From assembly GCA_947478395.1 (NCBI GenBank), contig CANJVR010000001.1:416001-480000 (forward strand): a DNA stretch of 64,000 bases, given 5' to 3'. Below, piece after piece: positions 42,662-54,619 of the stretch. The DNA is from Opitutia bacterium (GTDB taxonomy: Bacteria; Verrucomicrobiota; Verrucomicrobiia; Opitutales; Opitutaceae). Under the pieces are notes generated by a model, which worked only from the letters and a program-made list of their open reading frames with translations, was not told the origin of the DNA and did not search any database. Both the position numbers and the translations under genes were made by a program. Within the stretch, counting starts at the first letter, position 1. The number at the start of each line of letters is the position of its first letter.

Positions 42662-44845
42662 ATGAATTATAGTGAGCCTCCCTCGCTGCACCTGCGCCTG
42701 ACTTGCGCTCTGCTCGTTGCTTCCGTCGCCCTCATCCCGCCTCTCCTCCGGGCCCAGCCCGCCGCCGCTCCCGCCATGCCCGACAATCCGCTTCTCGCCG
42801 AAAGTTCCCTGCCACTCCATTATCCGCCTTTCGACCTCATCAAGGATGAGCACTTCGCGCCCGCCTACGCGCTCGGCATGGCGGAAGAGCGCAAGGAAGT
42901 CACCGCCATCGCGGATAATTCCGCGGCGCCGACGTTCGACAACACGATCACGGCCCTGGAAAAAGCCGGCCAGCTCCTCGCCCGCGTCGACCGCATTTTC
43001 TCCAATCTCGCCGGCTGCAACACCAATCCCAAGCTGCAGGAAATCGAGCGCGACATGGCGCCGAAACTTTCCGCGCAGCGCGATGCGCTCCAACTCAACC
43101 CCGCGCTTTTCGCCCGCGTTCAGGCGCTCTACAACCAGCGCGCCGCGCTGGGTCTCGATCCGGAATCGCTGCGCCTCTTGGAACGTTACTACCGGGATTT
43201 CGTCCGCGCCGGCGCGAAACTTTCGGAAGCCGAAAAAACCCGTCTCAAAGCCTACAACGCCGAGATCGCCACCCTTCAGACCACGTTCAGCCAAAACGTC
43301 CTGAAGGAGATCAACGCCTCCGCCGTGCTCGTTGCGGATCGGAAGGAGCTCACAGGTCTTTCCGAGGCCGAGATGACTACGGCCGCCACTCACGCCAAAA
43401 CCGAGGGACACGAGGGCCAGTATTCAATTCATCTCGTCAACACCAGCGGACAGCCGCCCCTGGCTTCCCTGCAAAATCGCGCGCTCCGCGAAAAAATCAT
43501 GCAGGCCTCGCTCGTCCGCGGCAGCCATGGCGGGGCCTACGACAATCGCTCAATCGTCGCCCGCCTCGCCCGCCTGCGCGCCGACCGCGCCACTTTACTC
43601 GGTTATCCGACGCACGCTGCCTACACGCTGGAGGATCAGACCGCACGCACCGTGGCGAACGCCGACCAACTCCTCAGCAAACTCGCGCCCGCGGCCGTGG
43701 CCAACGCCCGCCTCGAGGCCGCCGATATGCAAGCCATCATCGACCGCGAAGGCGGCGCCTTTCAACTGGGAGCCCAGGACTGGGAACTCTACTCCGAAAA
43801 GGTGCGGGCGGCCCGTTACGCCTTCGATGAATCGCAGGTGCGCCCGTACCTGGAACTCGAGCATGTCCTGAAAGACGGGGTGTTTTTCGCCGCTCATGAA
43901 CTCTACGGCCTGACGTTCAAGGAACGCAAAGATCTGCCGGTCTACCAACCCGACGTTCGCGTATTCGACGTCTTCGACGCCGACGGCTCGGTCCTCGCGA
44001 TTTTTATCGCGGACTTCTACGCGCGGGCCTCGAAAAACGGCGGCGCATGGATGAGCGAATACGTGCCCCAATCCACGCTGCTCGGCGCCAAGCCGGTCGT
44101 CGCCAACCATCTCAACATTCCCAAGCCAGCCGCCGGCGAACCCACGCTGCTGACGTTCGATGAAGTCACGACGATGTTTCACGAATTCGGCCACGCGTTG
44201 CACGGCATGTTTTCCCGCGTCAAGTACCCGCTCTTCAGCGGCACCAACGTCCCGCGCGATTTCGTCGAATATCCCTCGCAGGTAAACGAAATGTGGGCCG
44301 CCTGGCCGGCCGTATTGCAGCACTACGCGAAGCACTATCAAACGGGTGCGCCCCTGCCGCCGGCGTTGCTTGAGAAAGTGCTCGTCGCCCGGAAATTTAA
44401 CCAAGGCTATAAGACGACCGAGTATCTCGCCGCTGCGCTGCTCGATCTCGCTTGGCACGGGCTGAAGCCGGCCGACGTGCCCGCGACCGATGACGTGCTC
44501 ACCTTTGAAGCCTCCGTTCTAAAAAAGGCGGGGCTCGACTTTGCGCCCGTCCCGCCGCGTTACCGGAGCACTTATTTCTCCCATGTTTTTGCAGGCGGTT
44601 ACTCGGCCGGCTACTACGCGTACATCTGGGCCGAGGTCCTGGACGCGGACAGCGTCGAATGGTTCAAGCAGCACGGCGGCTTGAAACGCGAGAACGGCGA
44701 GCACTTCCGCTCGACCCTGCTCTCGCGCGGTGGCAGCGAGGAGGCCATGACCTTGTTCAAGGCCTTTCGTGGCGCCGATCCCGATATTAAGCCGCTACTA
44801 GAGCGCCGGGGCCTCAACGTGCCGGCGGCCACGGAAAAAAAGTAA
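42662..44845 (+). CDS. dcp: M3-family metallopeptidase (peptidyl-dipeptidase Dcp-like), exported
   Basis: Signal peptide, GGAWM, HEFGHALH, VPRDFVEYPSQVNE, GGYSAGYYAYIW. Confidence 0.9.
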   Translation: MNYSEPPSLHLRLTCALLVASVALIPPLLRAQPAAAPAMPDNPLLAESSLPLHYPPFDLIKDEHFAPAYALGMAEERKEVTAIADNSAAPTFDNTITALEKAGQLLARVDRIFSNLAGCNTNPKLQEIERDMAPKLSAQRDALQLNPALFARVQALYNQRAALGLDPESLRLLERYYRDFVRAGAKLSEAEKTRLKAYNAEIATLQTTFSQNVLKEINASAVLVADRKELTGLSEAEMTTAATHAKTEGHEGQYSIHLVNTSGQPPLASLQNRALREKIMQASLVRGSHGGAYDNRSIVARLARLRADRATLLGYPTHAAYTLEDQTARTVANADQLLSKLAPAAVANARLEAADMQAIIDREGGAFQLGAQDWELYSEKVRAARYAFDESQVRPYLELEHVLKDGVFFAAHELYGLTFKERKDLPVYQPDVRVFDVFDADGSVLAIFIADFYARASKNGGAWMSEYVPQSTLLGAKPVVANHLNIPKPAAGEPTLLTFDEVTTMFHEFGHALHGMFSRVKYPLFSGTNVPRDFVEYPSQVNEMWAAWPAVLQHYAKHYQTGAPLPPALLEKVLVARKFNQGYKTTEYLAAALLDLAWHGLKPADVPATDDVLTFEASVLKKAGLDFAPVPPRYRSTYFSHVFAGGYSAGYYAYIWAEVLDADSVEWFKQHGGLKRENGEHFRSTLLSRGGSEEAMTLFKAFRGADPDIKPLLERRGLNVPAATEKK

Positions 44846-44972
44846 CACCGGCGACTCGCCGTGCCCCCGTGCAGCGCGAATTGCCGGCTGACCTTTTGCG
44901 GCTCGCGATCCGCCGGGTCCTCCCGTCCGCCGCATTCAACTCACGGAACCCGGTTGGGACCAAGGCGTCCAA

Positions 44973-45581
44973 ATGCGCATGTGTTCACCCCATCGTTCAG
45001 GTTTTTTCGAGCTCGTTGCGCTCGGGTTGGGTCTGCTAACCGCCAGCGTCCACGCGTCCGCCGCAACCGGCAGCGAATCGTTTTCGAGCGAGGAGCAGTC
45101 GACGACCGGACTCACTCGAATTTCACCGGCGGAGCGCGCTGAACTGGATCGGCAGATCGAGCGCGAAATCACCCTGGCGCGCGAAGGCGACGTCGTCGCG
45201 TTCGCAAAATCGTTCACCGCCCGCCGCACGGCGGCGCAGCTCGATGCCGCGGGTCTGACTCGCCTCTCCGCCGAAGAACGGGGCCAACTCGATTTCCTGA
45301 TTGCGCGCGCCATCGCCCGTCGCCCCGCGACGGCCGTCCTCCGGTTTCAAAAAAAGGAATCCGAGGATATCGAGACCGTCCGGTACCGGGCCCAGCTTCA
45401 TGGCGAGGTTTCACTCACCTACGGCACGGCGGGCCGCGAACGATATTTTTATGGCGGATCGTTGACGGCTATTCTCGACGATCCGACCCATCACCTGACC
45501 GTCGCTTTTACCTACGCCGAATATCACAGCAAAGGGCTGCGGCCTTTCGTCGACTGCGAGCCGTTCGGATATCTGCCCTGA
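44973..45581 (+). CDS. Hypothetical exported protein
   Basis: Signal-like N-terminus, duplicated 'GLTR(I/L)S..ER..LD..I.R.I' motif, beta-strand-like C-terminus. Confidence 0.6.
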   Translation: MRMCSPHRSGFFELVALGLGLLTASVHASAATGSESFSSEEQSTTGLTRISPAERAELDRQIEREITLAREGDVVAFAKSFTARRTAAQLDAAGLTRLSAEERGQLDFLIARAIARRPATAVLRFQKKESEDIETVRYRAQLHGEVSLTYGTAGRERYFYGGSLTAILDDPTHHLTVAFTYAEYHSKGLRPFVDCEPFGYLP

Positions 45582-45658
45582 CCAATCCCGGGCCGGATCT
45601 GCGCCGCCCGTGATTTCCGTTGAGCCGGGCCGCGAGCCCTCTTTCCGTCGAGCCGTTC

Positions 45659-46657
45659 ATGACTGCAAACAACCGCAAAATTCGCTGGGGCGTCTTAGGT
45701 TACGCCCGTATCGCCCGCGAAAGTGTCATCCCGGCCATGCTTCGATCGAGCAACTCGGAATTCGTCGCGCTCGCCTCCCGCGACGAGACCAAACTGCTCG
45801 AAGCGCAGAAGCGTTACTCGATTCCCAAAACCTACGTGGGCTATGAGGCCCTGCTGCAAGATCCGTCGATCGACGCGGTCTACATCCCGCTGCCGAACTC
45901 CCAACACTACGAGTGGACGCTGCGCGCCGCGGCCCACGGCAAACACGTCCTCTGTGAAAAACCTCTCGCGCTCAACGCCGCCCAGGTTCGCAACATGATC
46001 GCCACGTGCGCCACTCATCGCGTCACGTTGATGGAGGCCTTCATGTATCGCTACACGCATCGCACCACCCGGGTCCGCGAGATCATCCGCAGCGGCGTGC
46101 TCGGCGAAATCAAATTCATCCACGCGGGCTTCCGGTACCTGATGGGCAATCCCGCCTCGATCAAACTACAGCCTGCGCTCGGCGGCGGCGCGCTCTACGA
46201 TGTGGGTTGTTATCCGGTTAACCTCATCGGCTGGATCGCCGACGAAATCGCCGGCCAGCCCGGGACCGGCGCGATAAAACCCGTGTCAGTCGCGGCTGAA
46301 TCCGTGGACAGCGGCGGCATCGACCTCGTTTTTTCGGCCATCCTAAAATACGCCTCCGGCCTCGTGGCCACGGCGCATTGCGGGCTCAATGCGCATAAGC
46401 GCGTCGTCGCCGAGGTCGTCGGCACGCAAGGGGTGTTGGAAATTCCCGAGACTTACTTCGACGACGCTACGCCCTTGGTCCTCATCGCCGGCGATCAACG
46501 CACCGAGATCCCCGTCCAAGCCAGCGACCGCTACGGCCGCGAAGTCGAGGATTTCTCCGATGCCATTCTGCAAGCGCGTCGCCCGCACTTCAGCCTTGAT
46601 GAATCGCTGCGCAATGCGGAGGTGATCGACCAGCTCTTCGCCGCGGCCAAAAAATAG
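45659..46657 (+). CDS. Gfo/Idh/MocA-family oxidoreductase
   Basis: IRWGVLG.A.IA, DAVYIPLPN..H, GKHVLCEKP, EAFMYR, GGGALYDVGCY. Confidence 0.92.
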   Translation: MTANNRKIRWGVLGYARIARESVIPAMLRSSNSEFVALASRDETKLLEAQKRYSIPKTYVGYEALLQDPSIDAVYIPLPNSQHYEWTLRAAAHGKHVLCEKPLALNAAQVRNMIATCATHRVTLMEAFMYRYTHRTTRVREIIRSGVLGEIKFIHAGFRYLMGNPASIKLQPALGGGALYDVGCYPVNLIGWIADEIAGQPGTGAIKPVSVAAESVDSGGIDLVFSAILKYASGLVATAHCGLNAHKRVVAEVVGTQGVLEIPETYFDDATPLVLIAGDQRTEIPVQASDRYGREVEDFSDAILQARRPHFSLDESLRNAEVIDQLFAAAKK

Positions 46658-47053
46658 GGCGACCTTTACTTCCGCAGTATCGGTAAAATCCTTACGTATA
46701 AGGCTCGGTGCTTTGGGACGCTCGCGTCGCTCCACTTTGCGGCGCACCAAATTCGGCATGCGCGGGCTGAACCGCAAAGATCGCAACGTGATCCTGCCGG
46801 CCGAGCGCCTCGCCGGGATAGGCCGCTTCGCCCGCTCGATTGTCCACGATTAAAAAACTTCCGCTCGGTGCTTAGCCTCGCAGCCGAATTCGGTTGCAGC
46901 GTGTCGACGCCACATCCCCTTCGGGCGAAGGGCGCGCCGTCCAGCGCACGCCCGATCGGCTTCTTATTAGCGATGGGGCCGTGGCTGATCAAATTCGACC
47001 GGCCGCCTCCCCGGCGCACGACGCTTAGACCCGGGCGTTTTCCGGAGTTCATC

Positions 47054-47158
47054 TTGCCTCTCGCCGATGAAATCAGAGCGGAAGTCGAAGGCCATGACGG
47101 TCGCCTCTGGGTGCGCAGCGAACTCGCGCGCGACGCCATCTTTTGCGTCAGGCTTCCA
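47054..47158 (+). pseudogene. Remnant of a histidine kinase HATPase_c C-terminus
   Basis: LPLADEIRAEVEGHDGRLWVRSELARDAIFCVRLP resembles GL.I...IVEAHGGRIWVES.PG.G.TF...LP; no upstream kinase sequence. Confidence 0.4.
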
Positions 47159-47221
47159 CTTTTGACGTCGTCGGAATCGCAGGAGCGCGCTACTCCAGCC
47201 CCCCTCCGGACGAATACAGAT

Positions 47222-47890
47222 TCATTCGTGCGGACGGCGACGCGACAGATCCGCGATCAAATCCGCCATCGCCGTACGAATCGGCGAATCAACGAGAAAT
47301 TCTTCGGCCGCCGTTTTTTTCCCCCGCAGACGGAGGCCCGCATATACCTGTAGTTCGAACTGCAAACGCAGCCGATGGTGCGCCTCGTCCAGTTTGAGCG
47401 CGCGCAACAAAAACAGCAGCGCCTCGACGGTCGAAAACAATCCCGCGCCTTGTTGCGACCTCAGCCAGTACCGGCTTTTCCCCGCCATCGGCAAACTGAT
47501 GCGGCGGCCCCACCCCTCCACCCCTTTCATCATGGCCGCCGCTTCGCCCCAGCTGCCGTCGAGCAGCAACACCTGCAATTGATCCAGCGGCGGCGCCGGC
47601 GGCATCGGTTCACCGAGCGGGTGTAAAATCCAAAGCACCTTTCCCGGTTGCACGATGTCTGCCGGCTGCAGCGGCAGGTCTCGATGGTAGATGTGCGCGC
47701 GGGCGCCGGACACCGCGCGATCGATCAACCGCCCCGTGCTCGTCGGCCGCCACTGTTCGCGTTGGTGAATCAACACGTCCACTTGAAAAGGAAGCACCAC
47801 GTCGTCCCGGCCCGCACAAATGCACCAGCGCGGCGAAAGTTCGCACCGTTCGCAACGGCGGCTGCCCGCGAGAACTACACTACGTGCCAT
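47222..47890 (-). CDS. DTW-domain tRNA-uridine aminocarboxypropyltransferase
   Basis: RC.RC.L....CIC, H.RE..RPTSTGRL, LDGSW.EA, Y.LR, STVEA. Confidence 0.88.
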   Translation of the reverse strand: MARSVVLAGSRRCERCELSPRWCICAGRDDVVLPFQVDVLIHQREQWRPTSTGRLIDRAVSGARAHIYHRDLPLQPADIVQPGKVLWILHPLGEPMPPAPPLDQLQVLLLDGSWGEAAAMMKGVEGWGRRISLPMAGKSRYWLRSQQGAGLFSTVEALLFLLRALKLDEAHHRLRLQFELQVYAGLRLRGKKTAAEEFLVDSPIRTAMADLIADLSRRRPHE

Positions 47891-48408
47891 GACCACGTCG
47901 CTGCGGCAAAGCCGGCGGGCCGTCAATCGCGGGACCTTAATTCACCCGCTTTTCGCCTTCTTGATTTCGCAAAAAATCGTCCCGTCGCGGCGTAACTTCG
48001 AAAAGGGCCGATGGCCAAATGACCGCCAACGTCCGACCGCGCGTGCTCCGCTGATGGTTCCTTAGTTCGCATCTTCGCCGGCCTACGCGTTTCGCTGCTC
48101 CGCCCCACCAATCCTCTCACCGCCAGCGACGCAACCCGCTCCCAATCGTCGTTGATGCCGCGCCGGAGGAATCGCTCGTCGGGCGCCCATTGATGCGCGC
48201 GTCGCACGGGGCTAGTGCGCCCAAAATTACAGAAAAATTACAGGGCATCCGTTGGGCGTCGGGAACGCGACGGCACGGTTGCGGCGACCGAGAAATCGGT
48301 CGCCGAGGCAATGCGATCGGGCACGCGACCGACTTCGAACCGCAAACCATCCCTTGCCTCCGAAAAAACCCTACCCCGCACAACCACCGTCCGTTACCGC
48401 CCGCCGCT

Positions 48409-48657
48409 ATGATCACGCTCAGCCCGCTCCATCACCGTCACGTCCGCGACGATAACCCGAACCACCACCTTTGGAACAACCACGGGACTTGGTTTGTGCA
48501 CTTTACCATTCACCCGACCCACAACACCAAAGAGCGCGTCCGGCGGTCGCTCGGCACGAAGGACGTCGTCGTCGCGCGCAAACGACGCGATCGATTTTTC
48601 GAGCTGCTCAGCCTGGCGGAACGCCCCATCGATCTGGAAAGAGAATTCGCGGCCTGA
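48409..48657 (+). CDS. Small basic protein resembling an integrase arm-type DNA-binding domain
   Basis: NPNHHLWNNHGTWFVHFTIHP...ERVRRSLGTKDVVVARKRRD: predicted three strands plus a helix with an 'RRSLGT.D...AR' motif. Confidence 0.6.
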   Translation: MITLSPLHHRHVRDDNPNHHLWNNHGTWFVHFTIHPTHNTKERVRRSLGTKDVVVARKRRDRFFELLSLAERPIDLEREFAA

Positions 48658-49161
48658 GGCCGCTAGCGGGCGGTAAAACCGCGACGACGCCCGCCCCGAA
48701 AAATCACGGCCACGTCGAGCCGGACGACAAACGACGAGTTCGATTCGCGCGATATTTCGCGACGAAATGGCGCAAAATTTATCAGGGGCTCGGGCCTCAT
48801 CGCCATGTGCCTCTCTGCGGGTCCAGGAAATGGATTTTGGGTGAACGCAAATCCCTGCGCCTTTTCGTCGGCCGCCAGGCGCGCGCATATCCCCCGCGTC
48901 GGGCCGCCCTCCTCGTTTATGGCCGGGCCCGCGTTTCCCGTTTCCACCAAAGCAGCCCGCGCCTTGCGATTTTCGCTGGCAGAATTTTCCTGACGTGTTT
49001 GCGGCGAGGCACGAATCTTCCGTGCCGAAAGCACACTCATTCCGCTAACCCTTGATCTGCTGGCTTAAGGACGGTCGGGGGCACGTGGCATTACTCCGCC
49101 CCATGGCTGAAAGGCATCGTGCGGGCGACGAACAAGAAAGTAGCGCAGGTGATGGCGCTCG

Positions 49162-49198
49162 ATCGTTTTTTCCTATCACCGACAGCGTTTATTAATAT
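49162..49198 (+). promoter_or_regulatory. OxyR-type LysR binding site upstream of katG
   Basis: ATCG-N7-CTAT-N7-AGCG-N7-ATAT fits the spacing of the OxyR consensus ATAG-N7-CTAT-N7-ATAG-N7-CTAT; lies in an AT-rich patch. Confidence 0.65.
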
Positions 49199-49232
49199 TT
49201 CTTTTCTATGCCCCGAACTAATATTGTTCTGA

Positions 49233-51686
<2,454 letters not shown>

Positions 51687-51894
51687 TCCGGCCACGCTCC
51701 AACCCATAAGCTGCCCCAAGTCCAGGCGCCACGCCGCGGCGAGAACAAGCCGCGGCGCAGGGCATTCGCTTGAAGGCAACGCCATGGAGTCAGGCCCAAA
51801 AATCGTCATCTGCAAAAGCCGGGGTCGACCGCGCCTTTTGCACCGAAAATAGGCCGAAAAACGACGGGATCTTCGCCCGCAAGCCGCCCATTGG

Positions 51895-52281
51895 TCAGTC
51901 TGCGTCCGGCCGACCTCTTCGTTTTTTTATGCCCGCGCGGTGCTTCTTCGATTGAATCATCCGTATCTTCTGACCGCGGGACTTCTGCCGGCTCCTGCGG
52001 CGGACTAGTTCGCGCTCGTCCGTCTGCCTCGCACTAACGAGGCGTTGGCGCTCCTCCAACTTCGCGCACAACTCGGCCCATGCCAGTTCACGATTGGCCG
52101 ACTGCGAGCGCTCCCGCTGGCACCTCGTCTCTACCCCCGAAGGGCGATGGCGCAGCCACACGCAGGAACTCGTCTTCTGCAATTTCTGTCCACCGTGACC
52201 CGAGCCGATGATAAATCGTTCATCCACGTCCGCCGCCTTCACGCCGAGAGCCGCCAATCTGACTTCAATGGACTTGTTCAT
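51895..52281 (-). CDS. Stand-alone GGQ peptidyl-tRNA hydrolase domain protein (release-factor-like)
   Basis: ERFIIGSGHGGQKLQKTSSCV.LRH.PSG....CQ.ERSQ..NR; basic C-terminal tail. Confidence 0.85.
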   Translation of the reverse strand: MNKSIEVRLAALGVKAADVDERFIIGSGHGGQKLQKTSSCVWLRHRPSGVETRCQRERSQSANRELAWAELCAKLEERQRLVSARQTDERELVRRRSRQKSRGQKIRMIQSKKHRAGIKKRRGRPDAD

Positions 52282-52528
52282 CGCTGGAGGTCGGACACCG
52301 GCTAATATTATTGGCCATAAACGTGAGCATGTTGCTTTTCGGACCGCTCGGTCCGGAGCCGCGCACCAACGTTTCCTCTGCATCGCCGAGACGCACGCTA
52401 GGCGCAGTAAATTTTTTCAAGATTTGGGATGGCAAGCTCATGAGCGCGCGTGTTGATGTCTGAAACTCTTTTGCTCTCGCCGAGTCAAACCGGCCTCCTC
52501 CTGCTCGTCGCGCTTCCGACCTACAACC

Positions 52529-53491
52529 ATGCTCACCGGCCCCGCCTGGACCCAGAAACTTCGCACTGAAATCGGCAAAGCCGTCATCGGCCAAGACGCT
52601 GTCATCGAGCGCCTCCTCGTCGCCCTTCTGGCCAATGGCCACGTCCTTCTAGAAGGCATGCCCGGCCTGGCAAAAACCCTGCTGGTCAAATCCCTTGGTA
52701 CGACCTTGGGCATCCAGTTCGAACGCGTTCAATTCACGCCCGACCTCCTGCCCAGCGATGTCGTGGGTACGATGATCTTCCAGCCCAAGACCGGCGAATT
52801 CACCGCCCACCGCGGGCCCGTGTTCGCCAACCTCGTCCTGGCCGACGAAATCAACCGTGCCCCCGCCAAGGTGCAGAGCGCCCTACTCGAAGCCATGCAG
52901 GAACGCCAGGTCACCATCGGCGGACAAACCCATCCCCTGCCAAAGCCGTTTTTTGTGATGGCGACTCAAAATCCCGTGGAGCAGGAAGGCACTTATCCGC
53001 TGCCCGAGGCCCAGACCGATCGGTTTCTGTTTAAGCTGATCGTGGATTACCCGAGCGCCGAGGAAGAGTCCGCGATGATGTTGCGTTGGGGCCAGGTGAC
53101 CAAGCAACCCGCACTCCTGCCCGCCTCCAGCGGTGAGGAATTGTTGAGCCTGCGCGCCGAGGTCGACCGCGTCCACGTATCGCCCGCGGTGCACAACTAC
53201 ATCCTCGCGCTCGTCCGCGCCACGCGGGCCCTCACTGAAGGCCCCGTCGCCAAGCGCCACCTGACTTTCGGGGCCTCGCCGCGCGCTTCGCTTGCGCTGT
53301 ATCAATCCGGACGCGCCCTTGCCTGGATCCGCGGACAGGACTTTGTCTCGCCCGCGCTCATCCAGGAACTCGCGCCAGATGTCCTGCGCCACCGCATCGG
53401 GCTCACCTACGAAGCCGAAGCCCAGGAAGTCACGGCCGACATTCTCATCGCCCAGGTGATCAAAGCCACCCCGGTGCCGGCGACCACGTAA
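52529..53491 (+). CDS. moxR: MoxR-family AAA+ ATPase
   Basis: GHVLLEGMPGLAKT, RVQFTPDLLPSD, LADEINRAPAKVQSALLEAM, ATQNPVEQEGTYPLPEAQ.DRF. Confidence 0.95.
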   Translation: MLTGPAWTQKLRTEIGKAVIGQDAVIERLLVALLANGHVLLEGMPGLAKTLLVKSLGTTLGIQFERVQFTPDLLPSDVVGTMIFQPKTGEFTAHRGPVFANLVLADEINRAPAKVQSALLEAMQERQVTIGGQTHPLPKPFFVMATQNPVEQEGTYPLPEAQTDRFLFKLIVDYPSAEEESAMMLRWGQVTKQPALLPASSGEELLSLRAEVDRVHVSPAVHNYILALVRATRALTEGPVAKRHLTFGASPRASLALYQSGRALAWIRGQDFVSPALIQELAPDVLRHRIGLTYEAEAQEVTADILIAQVIKATPVPATT

Positions 53492-53557
53492 CGCCTTCCG
53501 ACTCCGACTTGTGTTTCCCAACGGCCCGATCACGACCTGGCTCACGACGATGTTTTT

Positions 53558-54469
53558 TTGCCCGTGACTACGGTTCCCGATAATTCCACCACGCAGAACC
53601 CGCTCGCGCTCCTCCGCCAGCTCGAGTGGCGGGTGCGCCATGCCGTGGAAAACGTCCTGAGCGGCGAATATCGGTCCGCCTTTCGCGGACGGGGCATGGA
53701 GTTCGACCAGGTCGTGAAATACACTTACGGCGACGACGTCCGCGACATCGACTGGAACGTCACCGCGCGCCTCGGCGAGCCCTACCGCAAAAAATTCGTC
53801 GAGGAACGCGAAATCTCACTGCTTGTCGTCTTCGAAGACACGCCGAGCCTGCAGTTCGGATCCGGCGCCCAATCGAAACGCGAGGCGCTCCTCGAGCTCG
53901 CCGGGCTCGTGATCCTGCTCGGCGCGGTCAACCGCGATCGCGTCGGCTTCGTCCACGTTGCGCCTGGCGGTTATTTGTTTCGCGAGCCGGTCCGCGGGCG
54001 CGGAGCCATTCTCCACGCCGCAGCCACGCTGCTCGGCCGTCCCGCGCCCGATCCGGCGGACCAAAGACCGCTCGAAATTCCATGGCGCCTGCTCTCCCGC
54101 GCCGCGCCCAAGCACAGCGTCCTACTTTGGCTCAGCGATTTTCCGCCGCGCGCCGTGCCCGAAGGCTGGATCGTCCTCGCCCGTCGCTATCAACCGATGG
54201 GCTTCCGGGTCGACGATCCCTGGGAACGCGAGCTACCGACGCGCGGCCCTTTTGCCGCGTACGATCCTACGGCGGGCCGGCTCGTGACGCTCGAAAACTC
54301 CGCGGCCGAACGCACCGCCCATGCCGCCTGGCGAAGCGAGCGCGAACAATCGTTCAACACCCTTTTTCCGAACATCCTCAGCCGGCTCGTGGTCAGTACC
54401 GACGAAAACCGCCTCGATGCGCTGGTCCGTTTTTTCCACGCGCGCATGAAGGCCGGATCGATTCGGTAG
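53558..54469 (+). CDS. DUF58 domain protein
   Basis: GEYRSAFRGRGMEF...Y..GDDVRDIDWNVTAR...K.F.EERE. Confidence 0.92.
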   Translation: MPVTTVPDNSTTQNPLALLRQLEWRVRHAVENVLSGEYRSAFRGRGMEFDQVVKYTYGDDVRDIDWNVTARLGEPYRKKFVEEREISLLVVFEDTPSLQFGSGAQSKREALLELAGLVILLGAVNRDRVGFVHVAPGGYLFREPVRGRGAILHAAATLLGRPAPDPADQRPLEIPWRLLSRAAPKHSVLLWLSDFPPRAVPEGWIVLARRYQPMGFRVDDPWERELPTRGPFAAYDPTAGRLVTLENSAAERTAHAAWRSEREQSFNTLFPNILSRLVVSTDENRLDALVRFFHARMKAGSIR

Positions 54470-54612
54470 GAAATTTCAAAACCCGATGGTCCAACGCCAA
54501 AGAAAATCGCAAGGTTCAGGCGGGCTCTTCGCGGCCGGGCCGCGCGCGTATTTGGGATTTTCACTCCGGTTGAATTCTATCTGGCCCTTAAAATTTGGCC
54601 TTTGGAATCCCC
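54469..54612. repeat. Heptamer-unit inverted-repeat element
   Basis: A-rich arm GAAATTTCAAAA..CCAACGCCAAAGAAAATC and T-rich arm TTTGGGATTTT..AAATTTGGCCTTTGGAATCCC fill the gap between the DUF58 stop and the batA start. Confidence 0.55.
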
Positions 54613-54619
54613 TCCAGCC

